Origin: an uncultured virus (IMG/VR IMGVR_UViG_3300030099_006113)
Lineage: Duplodnaviria > Heunggongvirae > Uroviricota > Caudoviricetes
Length of the DNA: 20,000 nt
Direction: 5' to 3' (one strand)
Virus record (IMG/VR): IMGVR_UViG_3300030099_006113
Coordinates: 48,174 to 68,173 of that record
Shown here: positions 1-8,296 of the stretch, in pieces
How positions within the stretch are numbered: the stretch's first letter is position 1
Layout of the letters: every line of letters starts with the position of its first letter
Position numbers and translations under genes: made by a program
Notes under the pieces: model-generated
Told to the model about the DNA's origin: nothing
What the model saw: the letters and a program-made list of their open reading frames with translations, nothing else
Database searches by the model: none

Positions 1-310
1 AGAAAGGAACTGCCTGGGCAGTTGTTCCATCACCATCATATGTTTGAAATGCTACAGTTGCTCCTGCCGCAGAAGCAGGAAAAGCGCTAACTGCGTCAAC
101 AACACCAATTACATCGCCACTTGTATGAAGCGGTGTAATTTGAGCAGAAAGAAGTCCATTGTACTCACGGTCAAGCGTAAGCGTATAAAGACTAGTTCCT
201 GACAAGGCTACTGAAAATCCACTGCCAGCAGTAACAGATCCATCAGCAGCAATAGTACCAGCAATAACTTCAATGTTATCGCTTTCAGAACTCATATTAG
301 GAAAACCCAT
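1..310 (-). CDS. Probable capsid decoration/minor head protein (runs off window edge)
   Basis: Not in ORF track. Read by hand: AGGAGA RBS right after the capsid stop, ATG at 310, MGFPNMSSESDNIEVIAGTIAADGSVTAGSGFSVALSGTSLYTLTLD..., open to base 1; G/A/S/T-rich, directly downstream of the capsid gene. Confidence 0.6.
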   Translation of the reverse strand, partial: MGFPNMSSESDNIEVIAGTIAADGSVTAGSGFSVALSGTSLYTLTLDREYNGLLSAQITPLHTSGDVIGVVDAVSAFPASAAGATVAFQTYDGDGTTAQAVPF

Positions 311-321
311 AACTACTCTCC

Positions 322-1563
322 TTATGCCAGCGCAATGCGGCAGTTGTAACCAGGAGCCTTGCAAAGCAAGTTTCCGTAGTAACCCCAGCGGTACTCAACA
401 CCATCTTCGTTTGCCTGCCGGATACCAGTGAGGCCATCCATATCAAGCATACGAGGAGCAGAGCCAAGGGACTTAAATTCCCAAGTATCAAGCTGAAGCA
501 AGTAAGCTACATTGATTGGGCAGTTATGATCTGCATAACACTCAACCATTCCAGTTGGAGTAGCAACGCTAAGGCTTGAGAAACCAAATGATGCAGAGTC
601 TTCACCAGCGCCATAGCGACGGCGATGATTTGCACCAGCAACAGCAGCACGGCCTTCGAGGTCAAGCGCAAGCTCAGCCCAGTCTGTTGGGTTCATAAAC
701 AAAGCATCAGGACGGCCACCTTCACGAGCAACCTTAACGCCTGCTTTAATAATAGTGTCCATCATGCTGCTTGAAAAACTCTCACGCTGACCACCAAGGC
801 GGGTGCTATCAAGAGTTCTATCAACACCAAAAAATGAATCAGATGTAACAGTAGCAGGCAGCCAAGCATCAAGACCGGCAAGCTTAATGTTTGATCCACC
901 ATTTGCAGCATCACCCTCAACATAAAGAAAATCATCCGCTGAAAGGCTTGGAATTGCAGTTGTTCCAGCAATGCTCGTAGTCAATACATCATTGTCTCGG
1001 TCAACAGCAGTAACTTCAAGCACTCCGCTATAAAGAGCGCTACCATCAGTTGCACTTGCCTTTAGTCGCATGCCAACTTCAAAGTTAATTGCATGACCAG
1101 CAACAAGCTCAATGCTTGTATTGCCAAGGCTTGGACTTGCATGGATTTGACCAATAGAGCCAGTGCCACTGCGGTAGATATCTCGTCCCATTGTTCGGGC
1201 AAGAGCATGGAGCGCAGAGTCAGTCTTTGCTTTTGCTACATCAAGGAGAGATCCTTCATTACCATCAGCAGCAAGCAACGTTTCGTTGTCTACACTAACG
1301 ATTGAATAATCTTTTACTCGAGTAACAACAAAATCTTCAATCTTTGTTCCACCACGGTTGTTTTGAGCTGTTGCAAAGCTAGCGCTTCGACCTGTAGTAA
1401 GGCCATATTCAACAGCATACGTAGCGTTTCGCCCTGGAAAACTAGTGTTTTTAGGGATCATCGCAAAAGCTGGGTTGTTTTTGTAAACAAGATTTTCCAC
1501 CTTCTTATACGGGTACATGTGCTTCATGGCCGCATCGAAGTTGGTCAAGTTAAAGGAAGCCAT
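322..1563 (-). CDS. Major capsid protein
   Basis: 413 aa, GGAG RBS, follows terminase-portal-scaffold; C-terminal 'RWGYYGNLLCKAPGYNCRI' and 'PDALFMNPTDWAEL' are typical of HK97-fold coat proteins. Confidence 0.85.
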   Translation of the reverse strand: MASFNLTNFDAAMKHMYPYKKVENLVYKNNPAFAMIPKNTSFPGRNATYAVEYGLTTGRSASFATAQNNRGGTKIEDFVVTRVKDYSIVSVDNETLLAADGNEGSLLDVAKAKTDSALHALARTMGRDIYRSGTGSIGQIHASPSLGNTSIELVAGHAINFEVGMRLKASATDGSALYSGVLEVTAVDRDNDVLTTSIAGTTAIPSLSADDFLYVEGDAANGGSNIKLAGLDAWLPATVTSDSFFGVDRTLDSTRLGGQRESFSSSMMDTIIKAGVKVAREGGRPDALFMNPTDWAELALDLEGRAAVAGANHRRRYGAGEDSASFGFSSLSVATPTGMVECYADHNCPINVAYLLQLDTWEFKSLGSAPRMLDMDGLTGIRQANEDGVEYRWGYYGNLLCKAPGYNCRIALA

Positions 1564-1578
1564 TGCTTCACTCCTTTT

Positions 1579-2481
1579 TTAGCTGAACAGCTTGCCTTTA
1601 TACATTTCGCGGATTTGCTCGTAAGACATATCCTCAACAGCTGTTCTAGTTGGTTGTTCTTTCCATGAGGAGGACAGGGTGGCTTGTGGTCCCTTCACTT
1701 GTTGACTTGCTAGTCCTGGATTGTATCGCTTGAATTTTTCAATAACTGCTGGGTCATTGTAAAACTCTGTTTCATTCTTCTTTAGTGCTGTTTCTAGCTT
1801 TGAAAAAGCCTGCTCAAGCGTAAGCTGTTCACCAGTATCTCGATAATGTTCTCCCATGCCTTGAGCAATTTCTTGAGCACTTAGAGATTCCGTTACAAGA
1901 GGATAAGACTCTGCGTTGCTGCTTCTGAAATTATCAACGTTTGAAACGAACTTATTGATAGCGGCTTGTTGCTTTTGTTTTTCTGCTCTTAGCGTTTCTT
2001 GCTTTTCTTTTTCAGCTAACTGAGTTTTCAGTTTAGCTAGCTCCATCTGAGTCTTTTCGATTTTTACTGAGTCTGAGTCTTGAATGGCTCCCTCAAGCGC
2101 AGACTCTGCAAGCATCCTTTGAAAGTTTAGCGGATCAATTCCTTGTTCCTTGAGATACTTGTTTGGGTTTGAGCGAAGAAGCTCTTGGTTTTGAGCGGCT
2201 TTTTCAGCCTGGCTCTGAGCGTTCCTTAGCTCAATTTCTTTCTTTTTAAGCTCAATCTCATGTGCTCTTTTTTGTCGGTCATATTTAACCTTGTCGAGAA
2301 ACTCTTTTCTTTTCTCACTGACAGGCTCCTCAGCACTTTCTTCAACTTGCTGAGCTTCTTGGGCAACAGGCTCTGAAGTTTCTTCTGAGAAAATATTAAA
2401 GCTTTCTGGTGCTGCTTCACCCATTGTTTGGGGTGCAACTGGCTGCTTGCTAGTACTTGTTGTTTCTACTGCTTCAGACAT
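1579..2481 (-). CDS. Capsid scaffolding protein
   Basis: 300 aa, E/K/Q-rich coiled coil with acidic N-terminus, between portal and capsid genes; AGGAG RBS. Confidence 0.7.
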   Translation of the reverse strand: MSEAVETTSTSKQPVAPQTMGEAAPESFNIFSEETSEPVAQEAQQVEESAEEPVSEKRKEFLDKVKYDRQKRAHEIELKKKEIELRNAQSQAEKAAQNQELLRSNPNKYLKEQGIDPLNFQRMLAESALEGAIQDSDSVKIEKTQMELAKLKTQLAEKEKQETLRAEKQKQQAAINKFVSNVDNFRSSNAESYPLVTESLSAQEIAQGMGEHYRDTGEQLTLEQAFSKLETALKKNETEFYNDPAVIEKFKRYNPGLASQQVKGPQATLSSSWKEQPTRTAVEDMSYEQIREMYKGKLFS

Positions 2482-2490
2482 TCAAATCTC

Positions 2491-4314
2491 CTAGATAGGT
2501 AATCCACCTGGTGGCATGCCTGGTGGTAAAGCTGGCGATCCAGGGGCTCCTCCCATTGGAGCAGCTCCAGGCATCGGTTGTGGTGGTTGCGCCATTTGAA
2601 TCAAAGCTTCTGCTTGAGAAATCCATCGCCTAAGTAGCTCTAGTCTTTCTTCAGGTACCTGGTTTAAGATTGCCAGGTTATATGCTTGTTGAAATCGGAC
2701 AATTCCATACTCAAGATTCATGTATGGCTCAGGTGACACAAAGTTTCCGTTTTCAACCATTTCCTCAATGGCCATATCAAGCACTTCGATATGGGCATTT
2801 TTAAGCTTGTTTGCTCTTTCAAGATCAGGAAAATCTAAAAGCCTATGAGCTTCTTCTTTTGTGAACAATCCATTCTGAGTCATCTCAGTAACAGATGCTA
2901 GCTTTGCTGCTGGGGTCTGAGGCAATGAGCCAATTGGTTTGATTTGCATGACATACTGATCTTCATCGAGATCTACATCACCCCATGAAATTTTATCTAA
3001 ACCAGACTTAGAATCAAAACTCATGGATGTGTAAGGAGAGCCTGGACTGTGAAGGTCCCTTACAAGATCAATAATTTTTTCTGCTGTTTTTATGAAAAGG
3101 CTCTCATACGATTGGCCAACAACCATAAAACGCTCTGACTCAATGTCTGAAAACTCTCTAAGAGCTCGGCCAGATTCAAGACCCGCTGGCTTTTTAGATT
3201 GAGCAGAAAGCTGAGAAATGCCTGTCATCTCATAAGCACGGGCAACAAGTCGGTCTAGGTGTGCAAACATCTCACCAGAAACAGCCCTGGGCACAAAAAA
3301 CTGAGGAGGGCTACCCCTGTATTTTATTGCTCCCCAAACTCTATTGTTTAAATGAGACTGCACAATCCTACTAGTGTCTTCAATAAACACCTTGGGAGTT
3401 GCTAGGTGCATTTGCTCTTGGATCCTAGCAAGGAGCTTATTAATCTCTACCTGAATACCTTTTACTTCCTTTGCCAGGCCATTACCCCAGAAAGAATTAG
3501 GGTCTTCAGTCCAACGAACAAAGACAAAAGGAAAATGGTGCTTCTCATATTCACCATCATAAAGAGTCACGTTTTCAGTGCATATAACGTGTCTGCCGTC
3601 TTTTGCTTCTGGCCCAGAGGGCAAGTGCCAAGCCTCATGGCAAAACACCATATCATTGTCTCGAGTATTATCACTGTAGCTATCGTTCTGAGACTCAATG
3701 ACTTCCATCAGAATCTCTTCCCTTTTATCCGGGAACATCTCAGCTAAAACATGCTTTGAGACTTTTTTAGTCTGGAACATCTGCCGGGGCATTGAGCCAA
3801 ACTCAGACTCATAATGATCAATTGTGATCTCATGAAGAGGGACACGCTCAATCTTTACTTTGCCAAACTCAGAGAAAACCTTAAGAATTCCTGTTCCAGT
3901 AATGCATGAATCAAGAAAACATTTTTGAGCTAATGGATAAATATCAAGAGAGTAAAATTGTCCCTGTATAAACTTGTTAAAGTTCTTTGCTTTTTTCTTC
4001 TGAGAGAAATCACCGCCTTCAGTTAAAAAACTAATTGCAGGTTTATGCTTTGCAATCTTGGCAGTAGCAGCCTGGCATATAGAGTGGATAATGTTAAAAG
4101 TAAGTCGAGGTTGACGCATCATGGCATAACCAGTTGATGCAATGTATCCCTTGTAACTTACAGGCTGGCCATTATAGAGGCCTGAGTGAGTTGCAGCTTC
4201 AGAGTAAAAAGATTCCTGCTCCTCTCTTAATACAGAGATAAAGCTGGAGATTTGATCGGCTGGCTCACTATCTGCCTGCCACCAAAACTTATTATCGTAT
4301 ACTCCGTAGCTCAT
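2491..4314 (-). CDS. Portal protein (P22-like size)
   Basis: 607 aa downstream of terL; 'FNIIHSIC', 'ITGTGILKV', 'FPFV...FWGNG', 'EMTGISQLS...ESGRAL' portal-type motifs; P/M/G-rich C-terminal tail. Confidence 0.85.
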   Translation of the reverse strand: MSYGVYDNKFWWQADSEPADQISSFISVLREEQESFYSEAATHSGLYNGQPVSYKGYIASTGYAMMRQPRLTFNIIHSICQAATAKIAKHKPAISFLTEGGDFSQKKKAKNFNKFIQGQFYSLDIYPLAQKCFLDSCITGTGILKVFSEFGKVKIERVPLHEITIDHYESEFGSMPRQMFQTKKVSKHVLAEMFPDKREEILMEVIESQNDSYSDNTRDNDMVFCHEAWHLPSGPEAKDGRHVICTENVTLYDGEYEKHHFPFVFVRWTEDPNSFWGNGLAKEVKGIQVEINKLLARIQEQMHLATPKVFIEDTSRIVQSHLNNRVWGAIKYRGSPPQFFVPRAVSGEMFAHLDRLVARAYEMTGISQLSAQSKKPAGLESGRALREFSDIESERFMVVGQSYESLFIKTAEKIIDLVRDLHSPGSPYTSMSFDSKSGLDKISWGDVDLDEDQYVMQIKPIGSLPQTPAAKLASVTEMTQNGLFTKEEAHRLLDFPDLERANKLKNAHIEVLDMAIEEMVENGNFVSPEPYMNLEYGIVRFQQAYNLAILNQVPEERLELLRRWISQAEALIQMAQPPQPMPGAAPMGGAPGSPALPPGMPPGGLPI

Positions 4315-4577
4315 GAGTTATTAGCACTCCAGTAAAGGTAATCCTCTTCCGTAAAACCAAGGTCGTCTTTAGATTCATCGCTTATCTTCTTTTGCTGTGC
4401 TGCGTCATAGTTAGAGAAGTTAAACTCTTTTGGCTGCTCTTCGGCTGCTTTAAGGAAATCCATATTGGGCGCAAATTGAATCTCAATTTCCGAGTCCTTG
4501 TATTTGGCAACATTATGCTCTGAAAGCATTTTTAACATACTTTTCAGTTTTTTTGTAGAAGGACTATTTTCACTCAT
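4311..4577 (-). CDS. Hypothetical protein between terL and portal
   Basis: 88 aa, GAGG RBS, ATGA overlap with the portal start. Confidence 0.65.
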   Translation of the reverse strand: MSENSPSTKKLKSMLKMLSEHNVAKYKDSEIEIQFAPNMDFLKAAEEQPKEFNFSNYDAAQQKKISDESKDDLGFTEEDYLYWSANNS

Positions 4578-4584
4578 TTTTTCC

Positions 4585-6081
4585 TCAGTTTACCCACAGA
4601 TCTTCTTCTGAAATCCCAATTCCCCATAGATCTGGATCATACTTATCCTGGCTGTCTCTCTCAAGAAGATTATCAGCAATACGCTCCTCAAGCTGCTTGA
4701 AGTAATCTTTTGTACCCACTTCGGGTCCCGATCCCTCATATTCATGTAGAAAGTGACGACTTTCTGTCCAAGCATAAAGAGCGGCATCCGAAAGGTGATT
4801 ATCAAACCTTCTATCTTCTGCTGTTCTTGATTTGTTGTACTGTAGCTTGTCCCACTCTTTTAGCAGGTCCATTCCACTGGCTACTTTGATTACACCGTTC
4901 TTGATGTCTGAGTTCATGAGTTTAATCATGCCCATTTTGTCGGATGACTTTTTGGCTGGCTTAATTGGTAGCCCAGAGCGCTCTTTGAATGTCTCAAGCA
5001 ACATTCTTGATGAACCACCGCCAGTATCCATTACAATGGAAGAGAAATCATAATCGCCCATAAATGCGTGGATTTTTTCTTCAACCTCAGAAGTCAGCAT
5101 CTTGGTTTGCTTGTATTCATCAATGAAGAAAAGGAATGGATGATCTGGTGACCAAGCAGCGACGACAAAGGCGGTAGCATCATGGTAACCGAGGTCGATA
5201 CCGAGGACGAACTCCCAGTCATTACTTTCGGGAGTATCCTCAAGCAAGTTGTCCTCAGAGTACTCGTAGACGATATCTTGGTCGTTTCTTACCCAGAGTC
5301 CCAAGTACTCGCGCTTATAGGAGGAATCAGTTGGGTCAAGAACCCCACTTTTGATGTCAGCCTCTATGGATCTGACAGCGTGCGCCATGTAGGGATTATT
5401 TTTAACTGTCCACCTGTGAACTGAAAAGCTGTATTTATCCTTTTCAGTAATGTCATAAAAAAATCCTGAACAAGAACTATTAGGCGTAGAAATTAAAACC
5501 AGTGCGCCGTCTCTATCAAGCAAAGCAGGAGTTAAAACTTCGTTTACGAGCTCGCGTAAGTTGATGTTAAAAAAAGCAGCTTCATCAAGAACAGCCAAGG
5601 AAAATGCTGCACCGCGTAATTTATCCACGTCACTTGCATCGTTGGCACCAGTAAAAAGAATCTGAGATCCATTAGGAAAGGTAGCTACAAGGTCTGCATT
5701 ATTAAACTTAATACCAATCCTAAATCTTTGGTTAGCCTCCTTAAGGGAAGCCCACAAAATCCTTTTAGCCGCCTCTCTTGTCCTAGCAATGTAGACACAC
5801 ATGGTGCCTTCGTTCTCAAGGGCCTCTTTGATTAAATAACGCCCTGCAGCATAACTCTTTCCACTTCTTCGACTGCATATAGCAGCCTTCCTCTTTGAAG
5901 GGTCGTTAATGAAATCAAGCTGCTCTTTAAACAAGTTACGAGTCATGTTGAGCATTCGGCTATGCTCAGATCTTCGCTGGGCTTTGTTCTTAGAGGGACC
6001 GGTATGGCCAGACCTGGACACAAAAGCCTCATAAAGCTCTCGACTAGTAAGGCTAATCGTTGGCAGCTTGGTCTTAGCCAT
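4585..6081 (-). CDS. terL: Terminase large subunit
   Basis: Walker A 'SRRSGKS', Walker B 'AVLDEA', 'LISTP' coupling motif, RNase H-like nuclease 'GIDLG..D' and 'FDNHLSDA'. ATG at 6081 (MAKTKLP) preferred over the longer track start at 6120. Confidence 0.95.
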   Translation of the reverse strand: MAKTKLPTISLTSRELYEAFVSRSGHTGPSKNKAQRRSEHSRMLNMTRNLFKEQLDFINDPSKRKAAICSRRSGKSYAAGRYLIKEALENEGTMCVYIARTREAAKRILWASLKEANQRFRIGIKFNNADLVATFPNGSQILFTGANDASDVDKLRGAAFSLAVLDEAAFFNINLRELVNEVLTPALLDRDGALVLISTPNSSCSGFFYDITEKDKYSFSVHRWTVKNNPYMAHAVRSIEADIKSGVLDPTDSSYKREYLGLWVRNDQDIVYEYSEDNLLEDTPESNDWEFVLGIDLGYHDATAFVVAAWSPDHPFLFFIDEYKQTKMLTSEVEEKIHAFMGDYDFSSIVMDTGGGSSRMLLETFKERSGLPIKPAKKSSDKMGMIKLMNSDIKNGVIKVASGMDLLKEWDKLQYNKSRTAEDRRFDNHLSDAALYAWTESRHFLHEYEGSGPEVGTKDYFKQLEERIADNLLERDSQDKYDPDLWGIGISEEDLWVN

Positions 6082-6532
6082 AAGCAACTCTTTGCTCTTC
6101 AGGCGAAGACATAAGCTCAAATATAAAAGCAGGAAGAAGACTACTTACAAAACGAGTGTGCCATTTAGACCGAGCATCCATTTTCTGCATATGAAAGGAC
6201 CAATAAGAGCAAAAAACAGGGTTATCTCTATTACGCACTGTGTCAGGGTATACCTCATTGAGCATTTCACTGCCAATACCATTACCTCTGAAGCTTTTTT
6301 TAACAAAAAGAAAGTGCAGTAATTTTGTTTCTTCTATCTGGCCATAGGCAATCCAGCCTAAAATATGGTCAGCATCGTCTCGGTCGCAGTAAATAAGGAC
6401 TTTTTCGTCCTCAATAACTTTATCAATGAGGTGCCTAGTCATAGCAGTTACTGCTTTTGTGGGGCATTTCACAGATCTAATCCACGAATCATAGACAAAA
6501 TCGTGGTCAATGGGTCTGATTCCTCTAATCAT
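6074..6532 (-). CDS. GNAT-family acetyltransferase
   Basis: 152 aa with acetyl-CoA-binding motif A 'FLFVKKSFRGNGIGSEMLNEV'; overlaps both neighbours. Confidence 0.75.
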   Translation of the reverse strand: MIRGIRPIDHDFVYDSWIRSVKCPTKAVTAMTRHLIDKVIEDEKVLIYCDRDDADHILGWIAYGQIEETKLLHFLFVKKSFRGNGIGSEMLNEVYPDTVRNRDNPVFCSYWSFHMQKMDARSKWHTRFVSSLLPAFIFELMSSPEEQRVAYG

Positions 6533-6857
6533 TGCTTGCCTTCCTTTCCCGAAGTGCCTTTTTCACGAGCTTTTCCAGCTCTTCATTCGACATCTTAGCA
6601 ATAGCATCAGACTTTAATTGCGATTCAATCTCTAACAATCGCTTTAAACCCCCGAAACAACTGTCTAATTTCTGCATATCTTTATTATCTAGCTCGCCAT
6701 TATTGTCTACCTTGTCTTTTAAAAGGGATATCTGGCTTTCTGTTATGTGAAATAAATCATCCCAAAGCTTATGCTTGTCTCTTGATTGAACAATCTGAGG
6801 CTTCTGCCCCATTACGCTGTAGGAACCAGTGGCTCTAGTCTTTTTTGTAGCTGTCAT
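6525..6857 (-). CDS. Putative terminase small subunit / first late gene
   Basis: 110 aa helical protein heading the packaging operon; C-terminal 'MSNEELEKLV' resembles the 'LSDEEL' tail common in TerS. Function mostly from position. Confidence 0.45.
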   Translation of the reverse strand: MTATKKTRATGSYSVMGQKPQIVQSRDKHKLWDDLFHITESQISLLKDKVDNNGELDNKDMQKLDSCFGGLKRLLEIESQLKSDAIAKMSNEELEKLVKKALRERKASND

Positions 6858-6939
6858 AAGAAAAGATTAGACGATGATTTGATCTACAGGCAAGTCAAAG
6901 CTAGAATACAAAGACCCCACAGCTACGGAGTAGACGCCA

Positions 6940-7066
6940 GTGACCCAACGGGTCACCCTTTAGGCGGACACGCAACCCTTGTCGCCCTTCTGTCCGTTTC
7001 GTACCTAACGATAAGACATTACCCAGTTGGATATCGGCAAGGGCAACGGGCGTAGCTCACCGTTGC
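6940..7066. other. Structured non-coding segment (hairpins plus possible pseudoknot)
   Basis: GTGACCC/GGGTCAC (6940-6956), CGGACA/TGTCCG (6965-6996), loop CCCTTGTCG (6976-84) complementary to CGGCAAGGG (7035-43), GCAACGG/CCGTTGC (7043-7066). Confidence 0.45.
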
Positions 7067-7479
7067 AGCACAATATAGGTATCCAATCCTACGGGCTTTT
7101 TAGGTCAATCCGAGGGGGGGTGCTTGAGGGATCTCGATAACGCACTGCGATAAACGAAAATTAGGCAAAAATTCGTAGAGGGTATTTAACACTCTATTGA
7201 CTTTGCTCTCTGGGGGGTACCCCCTGACTATATTGCACTGTAACCGGCAGTAGCGGATGTCCACTGTCATTCCTTGGGCCGTCAGACCTCCGCTCATCGC
7301 TCGGCCTGGTCGCTCCGCGAGTGAATTACACCTCACGAAAATAAACAACTTTCCCATGTTTTCCCTGTATTCCTTGGTATTTTAACCTTTCGTACAGATC
7401 AAAACAGTTCGGTTAATTCACAAAAGGTGCCCGGATACGTTCGTCACTTCCCACCCTCCCACCCTACGGCGTGCGTTGC

Positions 7480-8242
7480 CCTCACGATGCCTCCGGCGGC
7501 GCCTACCCGGCGGGGGCAAACGTGCGACGTTTGATCCGACACCCCCGCCCCCTAGAGAACCTGCGACTCTCGAGCAGGACTACCGACGCTCCCGAAGCCA
7601 TTGAGTACAATGTCTCCGACAGCTTACGAGTCCTGCACTCGGCCACACGTTCTCTCCACCGCAAGTCCGAGAACCTTGGCAATGTTCTTCGCGGGATCTG
7701 CATGCCTCATTAGTCGATAGGCCCGCTCAATGGACTAACGACGCCTGAGTACAGGCTTACGAGTCCATGGGCAGCTACCTGCATCTCTCCGGGATACTAT
7801 CAAGCTGAATTACCCGCTAGAATCAGAGCCACTAACGACGCCTCCGGCTTACGAGTGGCCCTAGATTCGCTACCAGCTCAGAACACTCCGGGCAGGCGAG
7901 TACGCCCGCCTTGCCTCGGAATCGGACGTAGGGTTGTGACAGGAAGGTCTAATCCTACACTCCTGTGCTCTATCTATCTCTATCTCTCGAATTAATCGGC
8001 GTGAGTCTACCAGCCGTCGTCGGGCGGTAAAGGACGGGCGAGTACGCCCGCCAGCCTCTGCGAATAGACACAAAAGATACGGAGTACCGTACTTTTGCAT
8101 CGATTCTTGATTCTGGTTAACGAAGGCCCACACGACTGCTTGGCTGAGTACAGCCAATCAGGCGCTTAATCGGGCCTTCTAATCCTTGACCGTCCTCCTC
8201 CGTCTGGGTCTGCAAGGCCTCACTTAATTCAAGAAGAAATCG
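7480..8242. ncRNA. Candidate large structured ncRNA (or folded ssDNA element) with repeated internal-loop motif and AGTA-capped hairpins
   Basis: Near-continuous stems; three copies of ACT-A(A/C)CGAC-GC..GC-TTACG-AGT in different flanking helices; six G-AGTA-C hairpins; no credible ORF. Strand unresolved. Confidence 0.65.
7574..7859. repeat. Three structural repeats of one internal-loop motif
   Basis: 7574-7636 GCAGGACT-ACCGAC-GCT..AGC-TTACG-AGTCCTGC; 7730-7768 ATGGACT-AACGAC-GCCTG-AGTA-CAGGC-TTACG-AGTCCAT; 7828-7859 GCCACT-AACGAC-GCC-TCC-GGC-TTACG-AGTGGC. Confidence 0.85.
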
Positions 8243-8296
8243 TAAAAAACATAAACAAAACTTACGGTTTCGTAACACTCAAAAAAGGAAGACAAC

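Noticed and set aside
322..6857. Stop-codon recoding or intron/intein in head genes
   Set aside because: TAA, TAG and TGA all end full-length, tightly packed genes, and terminase, portal and capsid have normal sizes.
7730..7859. Integron attC sites (ACTAAC resembles RYYYAAC)
   Set aside because: No matching GTTRRRY at the other end, no cassette ORFs between copies, no integrase.
7620..7860. tRNA-Thr (minus-strand CTCGTAA resembles an anticodon loop)
   Set aside because: No D arm, T arm (GTTCRA) or acceptor stem.
7745..8150. Hammerhead ribozyme (CTGAGTA resembles CUGANGA)
   Set aside because: The sequence sits in a closed hairpin, deviates from CUGANGA, and lacks the GAAA/UH three-way junction.
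7574..8157. CRISPR or mini-CRISPR array
   Set aside because: Shared sequence is split into short loop strands with variable stems and irregular spacing; no repeat-spacer periodicity and no cas gene.
7599..8157. CsrA/RsmA sponge RNA
   Set aside because: Loops are AGTA, not GGA-presenting; GGA occurs at only one of six hairpins.
7100..8157. Track ORFs 7100-7357, 7471-7713, 7503-7703, 7870-8157
   Set aside because: Short, R/P/S-rich, poor RBS; expected by chance in GC-rich stop-poor structured DNA.
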